DNA of 64,000 nucleotides. It comes from Thermoanaerobaculia bacterium (lineage in GTDB: Bacteria; Acidobacteriota; Thermoanaerobaculia; Gp7-AA8). The position numbers and the translations under genes were made by a program. The notes beneath the pieces are model-generated. The model saw only the letters and a list, made by a program, of their open reading frames with translations. It was not told the DNA's origin and did no database searches. Location: assembly GCA_035482045.1 (NCBI GenBank), contig DATHRD010000081.1:88149-152148 (forward strand). The letters run 5' to 3'. Positions 25,717-33,404 of the stretch are shown in pieces (position 1 is the stretch's first letter; the number at the start of each line of letters is the position of its first letter).

Positions 25717-26661
25717 ATGCCCGCCGCCATGGCCGAGCAACCCAGGAAATCCCTCTTCGACAAGCTGAAGCGTGGGCTCTTCATGACCCACACCGAGATC
25801 ATCGAGAAGGTGCGGGAGTCGATGGTTCCCGACCTTCCGATCGATCAGTCGGCGATCGACGGCCTCGAAGAAGGCCTCCTGGGCGCGGACGTCGGCGCGG
25901 AGCTGACGATGTCGCTGGTCGACAGGATCCAGCAGCGCATCCGCGCCGAGCGGATCACGAAGATGGATCGCTTTACCGAGGTACTGCGTGAGGAGACGCG
26001 AGCCCTCATCCCGCAGCGTTTGTCTTCGCCGATCGACACCGCCCGCGCGAAGCCGTTCGTCATCCTCGTCGTCGGCGTCAACGGAACGGGGAAGACGACC
26101 ACGATCGCCAAGCTGGCCACGCGTTTTAGGAGCGAAGGCAAATCGGTCCTCCTCGGCGCAGCGGACACCTTCCGTGCCGCGGCCATCGAACAGCTCCAAC
26201 TGTGGGCCGACCGCATCGGCGTCGACATGGTCAAGCACAAGACCGGCTCGGACCCCGGCGCCGTCGCCCACGACACCGTCACCGCCGCGAAAGCACGCGG
26301 CACCGACATCGTTCTCGTCGACACGGCCGGACGCCTGCACAACAAGTCGCACCTGATGCAGGAGCTGTCGAAGGTGCGGCGCGTCATCGAGAAGGAGCTG
26401 CCCGGTGCGCCGCACGAAACGCTCCTGGTGATCGACGGCACGACCGGGCAGAACGGCGTCAGTCAGGCCGCGGCATTTCTCGAAGCGGTGCAGGTAACCG
26501 GCATGATCGTGACGAAGCTCGATGGTACCGCCAAGGGTGGCGTGATCCTCTCGATCATGCGGCAGTTCGACATCCCGGTGAAGTTCATCGGCGTCGGTGA
26601 GAGCGCGGACGACCTGATTCCGTTCGACCCCGCCGCCTACGTCGACACGCTCTTCGAATGA
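25717..26661 (+). CDS. ftsY: Signal recognition particle receptor FtsY
   Basis: VVGVNGTGKTTTIAKLA (G1), DTAGRLHNK (G3), TKLDGTAKGG (G4), GVGESADDL. Short N-terminal region. Start ATG 25717 or 25729. Confidence 0.95.
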   Translation: MPAAMAEQPRKSLFDKLKRGLFMTHTEIIEKVRESMVPDLPIDQSAIDGLEEGLLGADVGAELTMSLVDRIQQRIRAERITKMDRFTEVLREETRALIPQRLSSPIDTARAKPFVILVVGVNGTGKTTTIAKLATRFRSEGKSVLLGAADTFRAAAIEQLQLWADRIGVDMVKHKTGSDPGAVAHDTVTAAKARGTDIVLVDTAGRLHNKSHLMQELSKVRRVIEKELPGAPHETLLVIDGTTGQNGVSQAAAFLEAVQVTGMIVTKLDGTAKGGVILSIMRQFDIPVKFIGVGESADDLIPFDPAAYVDTLFE

Positions 26662-27161
26662 CTGAGTGCCCACCACGAGGCGAAGACGACGCCGAACATG
26701 CCGACGATGCGGAAGACAAGCTCCGCCGTCAGCCAGAAGTTCGCGGCTGCGTCGCCGTAGTTCTGCTCGCTCCACACTCCCTGGCGCACCGCGTAGGTCG
26801 ATTCGATGGAGATCACCAACCCGACGCAGTGTGACGCGAAGAGGATCACCAGCGCGATGCCAAGGGCGCGAAGGTTTGGTATGCGCCAGGCCTGGTCGTT
26901 CGACGCGAAGAGCGCAAGCAGGAGAATGATGTTGTAGGTGAGCTGATCGGCTGGAATGGTCGCTGTCGGCAGCGGCGTCGATGACGTGACGAAGATTTTG
27001 TGCTCCTGCGGCACGAGTACCGCGGCGGCAAGCCGGCGGTCGGCGTACAGCAGCAGTTGCGTGGCGGGGGCAAGCAGGCGGTTATAGGCCGGCGTGGCCG
27101 CCAACCAGATCCCGACGCCAACGGCGAGGCCGGCCAGGAACCTAAGTGCTCGCAGGAGCAT
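26637..27161 (-). CDS. Polytopic membrane protein, probable exosortase-associated partner
   Basis: Start ATG 27161 (MLLRALRFLAGLAVGVGIWLAA..) is preferred over 27212. It has 4-5 hydrophobic spans, overlaps the stop of the upstream exosortase-family gene by 20 nt, and overlaps the ftsY 3' end convergently by 25 nt. Confidence 0.55.
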   Translation of the reverse strand: MLLRALRFLAGLAVGVGIWLAATPAYNRLLAPATQLLLYADRRLAAAVLVPQEHKIFVTSSTPLPTATIPADQLTYNIILLLALFASNDQAWRIPNLRALGIALVILFASHCVGLVISIESTYAVRQGVWSEQNYGDAAANFWLTAELVFRIVGMFGVVFASWWALSHSKSVST

Positions 27162-27651
27162 TGCGCGGTGCCACGATCGAAGTCCAGATAAGGAAAATGA
27201 AGACCGCCGCACCGAACATCAACGTCTGCCAGACGGCCAGGTGGAACATCTCGAAGACCTTGCGGTGGTAAACGCCGAGGAGATAGAGCGTATCGATCCG
27301 GACCACGTTGAGCGTCTCGAGGATCACGGCCGCCGCGAGCGCGCCGACGATGCGCTTCCACGGCGGCGCGTGGAAGGCCAGCATGGCCGCGCAGACGAAG
27401 ACGACCGCCTCGAGACCGTTGCAGCCGCCGCGGATGTCGACGGCGAACCGCGGTCCGGCGATGACCGTAGTGGTCACGTGGACCGGCTCCCCGATCAGGT
27501 CGAGGGCTGCCCCTGAGATCCGCGCCAGCGCGGCCGTGAACGGCAGCACGACGTGCGTGTCGACCGCCCCTATGGTGATGACGGCATAGAACGAGATGAG
27601 CAGTACGGCGAAGACGATGAGGAACCGCGTCTGGCGCGGTGCGAGAGCCAT
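27142..27651 (-). CDS. Exosortase/archaeosortase-family protein, unusually short (169 aa)
   Basis: DIRGGCNGLEAVVFV (catalytic Cys-x-G motif), LNVVRIDTLYLL (N..RI motif) and MFHLAVWQ (conserved His) occur in the canonical order and spacing inside a multi-TM protein. Confidence 0.7.
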   Translation of the reverse strand: MALAPRQTRFLIVFAVLLISFYAVITIGAVDTHVVLPFTAALARISGAALDLIGEPVHVTTTVIAGPRFAVDIRGGCNGLEAVVFVCAAMLAFHAPPWKRIVGALAAAVILETLNVVRIDTLYLLGVYHRKVFEMFHLAVWQTLMFGAAVFIFLIWTSIVAPRNAPAST

Positions 27652-27679
27652 ACGCGGATTCTAGCAGCAGGACGAGGGC

Positions 27680-28921
27680 TCACTTGCGGTGGACGTGAAT
27701 CGTTTCGCCGACGCGCTCCTGGCGGAGGTTCGCGTCATCGAGAATCTTGGCGAATGCCTCCTGCCACGGTATGTCGTGGACCGAAATGGTCACGCTGCCG
27801 GAGACGTCGGCGTCGGCCAGAATCTCAGTGTTCGTCAACTGGGCGAAGGTGTGCAGCACATCGCGGATGTCGGCGTCCTTCAGATCGAGCGAGATCTTGT
27901 CCCTGCCTGGTTTCGCGCTGCTGGGAATGGCGCGGGTTACCGGGGTCTCGATGCTGGAGATCGATGATTGCGCGTCCTTTCCGGCGGACGGCAGGGCGTG
28001 CGCTACACCGATTCCGATGGTGGCGACGGCAAGAAGAGCAAGGGCGGCCGATGTGACGAGACGGTGCGGGAGAAGGCGGCGGGTTCCAAATCGCATGATG
28101 GCTTCCATCCTTTCTTGGATCGTGTTGCTGACGATGCAGGAGATCCCTGCGGCCCGCGGAGCGATCACAGCGCCGCAAACCTTGCCGAGGGCGGTGACAT
28201 AGACGTTGGGATCGCCGGAGGCGATGACGATCGCGTCGCAGGCCTCTTCGCGCGCGGCATCGAGCACGCGGCGGGCAATCCAGACCAGCGGGTGAAACCA
28301 GAGCGCGCAACCGGCGATCGTTTCGATGATGCCGAGAAGGTTGTCGTGCCGCGCGATGTGCGCGCATTCATGAGTGAGGATCGTTTCCAGCTCCGCGTCG
28401 GCGAGTTGTGTGCCGGCTGGGATGAGGATGACTGGTTGAAGAAGACGCACGGTTGCCGGTGTCGTGATCGGGGAACGGACCAGACGAAGCGCGCGTGTGA
28501 CGCCGGCGCGGGCGCGGGCGCGCGTCAGGACGGTCAGCGCGCGCGTATCGGCATCGAACGCGCCGAAGAGCGCCAGCCGCATGCCCGCTCGGCCGCGAAC
28601 GAGAGCGCGAGCCAGAAGGGCGATGGCGATCACGAGCCAGAGGGCGAGCGCCACCAAAGGCCAGATCGGCGTGTTCGTGGCGGGAAGGTTCGTGGCCACG
28701 AGTGGCCCGAGCGCGTCGATGAGGATCGTCCCTTTCGGTATCCTCGCCAGGTCGATACCGGCCAGGGCGAGCATGCGCGGCACCATCGCCGAGGGGATGG
28801 CGAACTTGAGGAGGGCCGCAAAGACGATCGCATAGCGCGTCTTTGCGGCCAGCCGGGGCATGTGCGCGATGAGGATAGCCATCGCCAGGAGCAGCGTCGA
28901 CTCGAGGAAGTGAGCGATCAT
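27680..28921 (-). CDS. BlaR1/MecR1-like M56 peptidase signal transducer with a secretin-N0-like C-terminal domain
   Basis: N-terminal TM segments and an HEXXH motif in ILTHECAHIARHDNL (expected PF05569). The C-terminal 80 aa, ISLDLKDADIRDVLHTFAQLTNTEILADADVSGSVTISVHDIPWQEAFAKIL, resemble the short N-terminal domain of secretins/TonB-dependent transducers. ATGA overlap with the blaI-like gene. Confidence 0.85.
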   Translation of the reverse strand: MIAHFLESTLLLAMAILIAHMPRLAAKTRYAIVFAALLKFAIPSAMVPRMLALAGIDLARIPKGTILIDALGPLVATNLPATNTPIWPLVALALWLVIAIALLARALVRGRAGMRLALFGAFDADTRALTVLTRARARAGVTRALRLVRSPITTPATVRLLQPVILIPAGTQLADAELETILTHECAHIARHDNLLGIIETIAGCALWFHPLVWIARRVLDAAREEACDAIVIASGDPNVYVTALGKVCGAVIAPRAAGISCIVSNTIQERMEAIMRFGTRRLLPHRLVTSAALALLAVATIGIGVAHALPSAGKDAQSSISSIETPVTRAIPSSAKPGRDKISLDLKDADIRDVLHTFAQLTNTEILADADVSGSVTISVHDIPWQEAFAKILDDANLRQERVGETIHVHRK

Positions 28922-29292
28922 TTCCTGCTCTTCTTCGCGGCTTTCTCGATCGCTTTGAGATCGTCGAGAGAGAGTTTTCCGCTCTCGACGAGGTGTGCCA
29001 CGAGCGGCTGCGAGCCTCCCACGAGATCGAGCAACTCGTCGACGAGCCGCCGGTAGACGGACTTGCGCGTAATGGCCGGCTCGAAGAAAAGCGCGTTGCC
29101 CTCTTTGCGCGTCCTCCGAACGGCGCCCTTCTGTTCCAGCCGCTGAATGATCGTCTGGACGGTGGTGTAGGCGGGGCGGTCGTTGCGGTCGATGGCGTCC
29201 TGCACCTCTCGCACCGTCGCTTCGCCGAGGCGCCAGAGGACGCTCATCACCTCGGTTTCGAACTTGGTGAGGGCGATGCGTTCACTGGCCAT
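28918..29292 (-). CDS. BlaI/MecI/CopY-family transcriptional repressor
   Basis: LTKFETEVMSVLWRLGEATVREVQDAI...PAYTTVQTIIQRLEQKGAV is a winged-helix of the Penicillinase_R family (expected PF03965). Confidence 0.9.
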   Translation of the reverse strand: MASERIALTKFETEVMSVLWRLGEATVREVQDAIDRNDRPAYTTVQTIIQRLEQKGAVRRTRKEGNALFFEPAITRKSVYRRLVDELLDLVGGSQPLVAHLVESGKLSLDDLKAIEKAAKKSRK

Positions 29293-29301
29293 GCTTGACG
29301 C

Positions 29302-29330
29302 ATACTACAACTGTAGTAGAGCGTCGTCAA
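29302..29330 (-). promoter_or_regulatory. Promoter of the blaI/blaR1-like operon with an embedded TACA/TGTA operator palindrome
   Basis: The minus strand reads TTGACG (29330-29325), 17 nt, TAGTAT (29307-29302). The palindrome TACTACA-AC-TGTAGTA (29303-29318) overlaps the spacer and -10. Only 9 nt separate the -10 from ATG 29292. Confidence 0.55.
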
Positions 29331-29344
29331 CCAGGCGGTCGAAT

Positions 29345-29369
29345 GAGGGCGGACCGTCAGTCCGCCCTC
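29345..29369 (-). terminator. GC-rich stem-loop downstream of the DUF1579-like gene
   Basis: GAGGGCGGAC-cgtca-GTCCGCCCTC, a perfect 10-bp stem 8 nt after the stop. No clear U-tract follows. Confidence 0.4.
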
Positions 29370-29376
29370 GCGTGAC

Positions 29377-29895
29377 TTACTGGCGCTTGCAGGTTTCCTG
29401 GTCGGTCTTGTTCCACGTACCCTTGTCTTCGATCTCGGACTCGTGGTGCACCTCGTTGTTGCCCACCTTCGTGAAGATGTCGCGGCCGTTCATGGTCATG
29501 CCGCCGCCGTGCGTCGGGCCGGTGAAGACGAGCTTGTCGCCATCCCATCCGGGAGACTGCGCCGTGGAGTAGCCGCCCATGTTGTCCAATTCCGCCGTTA
29601 CGAACGCCTTCGGCTGCTCGTCGTAACCCCAGAAGACGCGAACGTCGAACGGATGAGGATTCTTGGCCGTCTTCGTTTCTGCGTAGTGGAGCTCCAGCCA
29701 TCCTCCGCCGAGGACCCACGAGCCGTGGACGGTGGCCTTCGTCGGATGCTCCGGCCCCATTGGCGATGCGAACGCCACTCCGGTGCACTGCCAGGTCCCG
29801 ACGAAGAACTGCAACTCTTTCAGCTTCGGATTGCTCTGGCCGAACGCGGCCATCGTGGTGAGACAGACAACTACCGCCAGGATGCGAGTTTTCAT
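29377..29895 (-). CDS. Secreted DUF1579-like protein
   Basis: Signal peptide MKTRILAVVVCLTTMAAFG|Q. FFVGTWQCTG...HGSWVLGGGWLELHY...GYDEQPKAFV..DNMGG pattern. Confidence 0.65.
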   Translation of the reverse strand: MKTRILAVVVCLTTMAAFGQSNPKLKELQFFVGTWQCTGVAFASPMGPEHPTKATVHGSWVLGGGWLELHYAETKTAKNPHPFDVRVFWGYDEQPKAFVTAELDNMGGYSTAQSPGWDGDKLVFTGPTHGGGMTMNGRDIFTKVGNNEVHHESEIEDKGTWNKTDQETCKRQ

Positions 29896-29946
29896 TTGGT
29901 CTCCCTCCTTTTTGTGAACCTACGTGTTTGGTCGCAATTTGGATTG

Positions 29947-30435
29947 TTATTGCCGCGGCACCGCGATGTCGGCGACCGTGGCGCGTTGCAGCCGCAGGAG
30001 ATGTTCCGGTGCGATCCTGATCTTCGTGGAGCGGTTACCGCCGCCGACGATCACGTACTCGCGTTCCATGACGCACGCGTCGATATACAGTGGCACCGAG
30101 TCCGGCAGCCCGAAGACCGTGACGCCGCCGATGAGTTGGCCTGTCACTTCCTTGGTCTCCTCGGCCGATGCGAACGACAGCCGCTTGATGCCGATCAACT
30201 TGCTGATCTTGTGGTTGACGTCGAGTTTCATCGACGCCGTTACGAGGCAGGCCACGTATTGGCGCGGCTCCGTCTTCGCGGCCACGAGGATCGTGTTCGC
30301 GGCGTTATCGCGCGGGATGTCGTAGTTGGTGCAGAAGACGTCGGTGTCCGCCCATTCGGGGTTGCAGGGGAGGACTTCATGCGGGATCGCCAGCGAGTCG
30401 AGCTCGCGCTGGACGATGGGATCGAGCTGGCTCAT
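29947..30435 (-). CDS. YbaK/EbsC-type aminoacyl-tRNA editing (deacylase) domain protein
   Basis: The real start is ATG 30435 (MSQLDPIVQREL..). ..NTILVAAKTEPRQYVACLVTASMKLDVNHKISKLIG..LSFASAEETKEVTGQLIGGVTVFGLP..PLYIDACV. ATGA overlap with the upstream gene. Confidence 0.75.
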   Translation of the reverse strand: MSQLDPIVQRELDSLAIPHEVLPCNPEWADTDVFCTNYDIPRDNAANTILVAAKTEPRQYVACLVTASMKLDVNHKISKLIGIKRLSFASAEETKEVTGQLIGGVTVFGLPDSVPLYIDACVMEREYVIVGGGNRSTKIRIAPEHLLRLQRATVADIAVPRQ

Positions 30436-31991
30436 GGGGCCGCACTCCAGACAGCCACGCGGCCCGCCTCGACGTTCACTGTCCCCGAACGCGCGCCGGC
30501 CACGACGCGGTACTGGCCCGGCGCCAGGCCGAGCATGCCGAAGAAGCCGGTTCCGTCGCTGTGCGTGGTGCGGGTGGCCAGCGTCGTCAGCGACTCGACG
30601 GTCACGAGGGTGCCATCGCCGTCGATCTGGCCCATGACCGAGCCTTTGCTTTCGTCGGGCTTGCGCGGCGGAGGCGACGCCACATCGAAGAGCGGCTTCG
30701 CCATTCGCTCGAATGACGTCCGCCCGTCCGTGGCCGTGCTCGTCCGAAGAGCGGCGAAGAACTCCTCGTTCGGACGCTTCGGTGTGTAGACGCCGGCAAC
30801 CGGCAGCGCGTAGGGGTTTTGCCTGACCGCGTTGTTGGTGCTGTTGGCCAGGATCGACCACGGCTTCGTATCCCCCATGGCGAAGAAGAGGATGCCGTCG
30901 GCGTTTGCTTCGCGCGCACGGCGTGACTGGCGCAGAGTTCCCTCGATCGAGTTGAGATAGGCGCCGATGCCGGGCACGGCGGTCCGGCCGTAGGCGTGCG
31001 CGGTGGTGACGACGAACTGCAGCCAATCGTCGAACTGCTTGCGCTCGGCCGGTGCGTGCTCGCGTTTGTAGAGCATCGGGCTGGCCAGGTCGATGATCCC
31101 TTCGCGCAGCCAGGCGTCCCACTCCTGAAAGGCGACGCGGTAGGAGTCGGTCTTGTCGAAACCGCCGCTCGCGGCCGGGCCGGAGCCCCAGGCGATGAGC
31201 GCGGCCGAGATGGTGATGGACGGGCGGATGGCTCTCGCGCCGAGGGCCAGGCGCCGCACGAAACTCGTCACCTGTTCGCGGCGCCAGTCGTTCCAGAGCG
31301 CGTCATTGGCGTGGGGAAGCCTTCCGTATCGCGCGCGAAAGCGGGCCACGCTCGTCTCGTTGTAGCCGGCGTCGCCGCGCGGCGTCTCCGGATAGCGAAT
31401 GCGGTCGAGATGAATGCCGTCGATGTCGTACGCCCGGACGAGATGGAGCAACACGCCGGCCGTATAGGCGGCGGCCGCGGGATGCCCGAGGTCGATGTAC
31501 CAGTCGGGGCCGAACTGATAGCGGCCCTTGCTCGTTTTGGTGGCCCACTGCCGCGCGCCCGTGTAGGGCTGATGCGTCCTGGCGTCCCACACGTGCTGCA
31601 GGAAGACGTGGTGCGGATCGCGCGGGAGAGGATCGGACTTCGGATCGCCGTGGAAGACCGCACCGACGATGACGAACGCATGGACCTGGATGCCACGAGC
31701 GTGCGCCGCGTCCAGGAGCACGCGCAGTGGATCGAACGTGCCATCCATCGTCTCCGCCATCGGTTCGGCGGCGTCGAGGTACCAGGCGTCACCGCGGCGG
31801 CGCACCTGGACGAAGAGAGCGTTGGCATTGCTCTCCACGGCCGCGTCGACGATGCGATCGACATCCGCGCGTGTGGCGAACGGCGTGCGAAACGTGTCCA
31901 CCCAATAGGCGCGGTATTCGGGACGAGGCTCGTCCGCACGGGCGACCGTGGCCGCGGCGAGGAGCAGGATGATGGCGAGAGACCGCTTCAC
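30432..31991 (-). CDS. Secreted family-10-like glycosylhydrolase (GHL10/DUF187-type) with a C-terminal carboxypeptidase-regulatory-like domain
   Basis: GTG 31991 (VKRSLAIILLLAAATVARA signal). YRAYWVDTFRT..IVDAAVESNANALFVQVRRRGDAWY...DAAHARGIQVHAF...YDIDGIHLDRIRYPE. The tail is ..DGTGFFGMLGLAPGQYRVVA. Confidence 0.75.
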   Translation of the reverse strand: MKRSLAIILLLAAATVARADEPRPEYRAYWVDTFRTPFATRADVDRIVDAAVESNANALFVQVRRRGDAWYLDAAEPMAETMDGTFDPLRVLLDAAHARGIQVHAFVIVGAVFHGDPKSDPLPRDPHHVFLQHVWDARTHQPYTGARQWATKTSKGRYQFGPDWYIDLGHPAAAAYTAGVLLHLVRAYDIDGIHLDRIRYPETPRGDAGYNETSVARFRARYGRLPHANDALWNDWRREQVTSFVRRLALGARAIRPSITISAALIAWGSGPAASGGFDKTDSYRVAFQEWDAWLREGIIDLASPMLYKREHAPAERKQFDDWLQFVVTTAHAYGRTAVPGIGAYLNSIEGTLRQSRRAREANADGILFFAMGDTKPWSILANSTNNAVRQNPYALPVAGVYTPKRPNEEFFAALRTSTATDGRTSFERMAKPLFDVASPPPRKPDESKGSVMGQIDGDGTLVTVESLTTLATRTTHSDGTGFFGMLGLAPGQYRVVAGARSGTVNVEAGRVAVWSAAP

Positions 31992-32036
31992 TGAACTAGA
32001 TGATTGTAAATGGTGAGTGTTCAATGTTGAATACCG

Positions 32037-32190
32037 GCGGGGGTCGGGAGTCGGGGGTCGGAGCTGTGACCCAGCACAGACAAGAGTGTCTGTCTGTGCC
32101 ACATTAGGAGAGCCCTTGTGGCATGGCACAAATGCTCTTGTCTGTGCTGGGTCACAGCTCCGACCCCCGACCCCCGACTCCCGACCCCCG
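32037..32190. repeat. 154-bp palindromic (MITE/REP-like) element filling a divergent intergenic region
   Basis: The left arm CGGGGGTCGGGAGTCGGGGGTCGGAGCTGTGACCCAGCACAGACAAGAG (32037-32086) is the reverse complement of 32135-32190. The centre carries a GTGGCA/TGCCAC sub-palindrome. Confidence 0.9.
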
Positions 32191-32203
32191 ATTTGACGAC
32201 ACA

Positions 32204-32974
32204 ATGGCCAACGTCCAAAAACCTCCGCCCGGCAACCGCCCGCTGAAGACCCTGGAGCGCGTCCTCTCCAAGGCCGGCCTGGGATCGCGAACGGAGGCGC
32301 GTAGTTGGATCGGCGGGGGACGGGTGAGCGTCAACGGCCGCGTGGTGCGCGATCCCGATGCCTGGGTCGACCTCGAGCGCGACCGCGTCGCCTTCGACGG
32401 CAAGCCGCTGCGCAACGAGCAGCGCACGTACCTGCTACTGCACAAACCGGCCGGGTACATCACCACCTATCGCGATCCGCACGGGCGTCCGACCATCTAC
32501 GACCTCATGCCGGACCGCGAACGCTATCTGTTCCCCGTCGGCCGGCTCGATCTCGAGACGAGCGGTCTGCTGATCCTCACGAATGACACCCAGTTCGCCG
32601 AACACCTGACCAATCCCGAGTACCACGTCCCCAAGACCTACCTCGTCCACGCCACCCGGCCGCTCTCTGACGAAGAGCTGGAAACCCTCCGCCGCGGCAT
32701 CGAGCTACGCGACGGGCCGACGCGTCCCGCCCGCGTCACGCGGGTAGGGGAGAGCGCTTTCGAGATCACCATCACCGAAGGCCGCAACCGCCAGGTCCGC
32801 CGGATGGTCGAATCGCTCGACGCCTCGGTGACGACTCTCGAACGCACCGCCATCGGGTCGATCCGCACCGGTAATCTACCCGTCGGCCAGATTCGTGCGT
32901 TGACCGCGGAGGAAGTGAGGACGTTGTTGGCGGGTGTCGGGAGTCGGGGGTCGGGGGTGGGAGGACGGCGGTAG
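32204..32974 (+). CDS. Pseudouridine synthase, RsuA/RluB/RluF family, with S4 domain
   Basis: ATG 32204 (MANVQKPP..). LERVLSKAGLGSRTEARSWIGGGRVSVNGRVV (S4 domain), FPVGRLDLETSGLLILTNDTQF (catalytic Asp motif), GRNRQVRRM. The last 13 codons (GVGSRGSGVGGRR*) lie in a copy of the G-rich repeat arm. Confidence 0.9.
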   Translation: MANVQKPPPGNRPLKTLERVLSKAGLGSRTEARSWIGGGRVSVNGRVVRDPDAWVDLERDRVAFDGKPLRNEQRTYLLLHKPAGYITTYRDPHGRPTIYDLMPDRERYLFPVGRLDLETSGLLILTNDTQFAEHLTNPEYHVPKTYLVHATRPLSDEELETLRRGIELRDGPTRPARVTRVGESAFEITITEGRNRQVRRMVESLDASVTTLERTAIGSIRTGNLPVGQIRALTAEEVRTLLAGVGSRGSGVGGRR

Positions 32975-33050
32975 GTCGCGGTCGCGTGGTTTAGCGGTTG
33001 GGGTTCACTCTGGAGTTGGACGTTTCGGTAGCACCTGGAAACGGCGCCGG

Positions 33051-33286
33051 ACGCGCGCGAAGGCGCGCCTGGACAAACCAGCCCCGCGCTCGGCGCGGGG
33101 TTTTGCGCGGGAAATGGTGTGCGGCCGCGGAGGCGGCCGCTACAACAGTCGAAGCCGCATCTGTTGTGTCCAACTTTTTCAGCGGCGGTTTTGTAGCGGC
33201 CGCCTCCGCGGCCGCACACCTCCGAATCACGAACGTACCCCGCGCCGAGCGCGGGGCTAGCTTGTGCAGCGCGCCTTCGCGCGCGT
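33051..33286. repeat. ~236-bp nested imperfect palindrome (MITE/REP-like)
   Basis: Outer arms ACGCGCGCGAAGGCGCGC (33051-33068) / GCGCGCCTTCGCGCGCGT (33269-33286). Middle arms CCCCGCGCTCGGCGCGGGG / CCCCGCGCCGAGCGCGGGG. Inner arms GTGTGCGGCCGCGGAGGCGGCCGCTACAA / TTGTAGCGGCCGCCTCCGCGGCCGCACAC. Confidence 0.9.
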
Positions 33287-33305
33287 GGATTGAACTCAGC
33301 CGGGC

Positions 33306-33379
33306 AACGAGACCGCGAGACGGCGCAACCCCGAGACGGCGCAACCCCGAGACCGCGCAACCCCGAGACCGCGCAACCC
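33306..33379. repeat. 16-bp tandem repeat, about 4.6 copies
   Basis: GAGACGGCGCAACCCC x2 followed by GAGACCGCGCAACCC(C) x2 (33317-33379), plus a partial leading copy. It ends 25 nt before ATG 33405. Confidence 0.9.
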
Positions 33380-33404
33380 GTTACCGTTATACGATCCCCA
33401 TCCC

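Noticed and set aside
25693-26775. ORF 25693..26775 - (360 aa), antisense to ftsY.
   Set aside because: ftsY on the plus strand has the complete SRP-GTPase motif set. The antisense product is low-complexity.
29443-31994. Plus-strand ORFs 29443..30789 (448 aa) and 30996..31994 (332 aa), and the extended minus ORF 29947..31122 (391 aa).
   Set aside because: These ORFs span or overlap three well-supported minus-strand genes (DUF1579-like, YbaK-like, GHL10-like). The 391-aa ORF is the YbaK-like gene with a spurious Arg-rich N-terminal extension that overlaps the GHL10 gene in another frame. The real start is ATG 30435.
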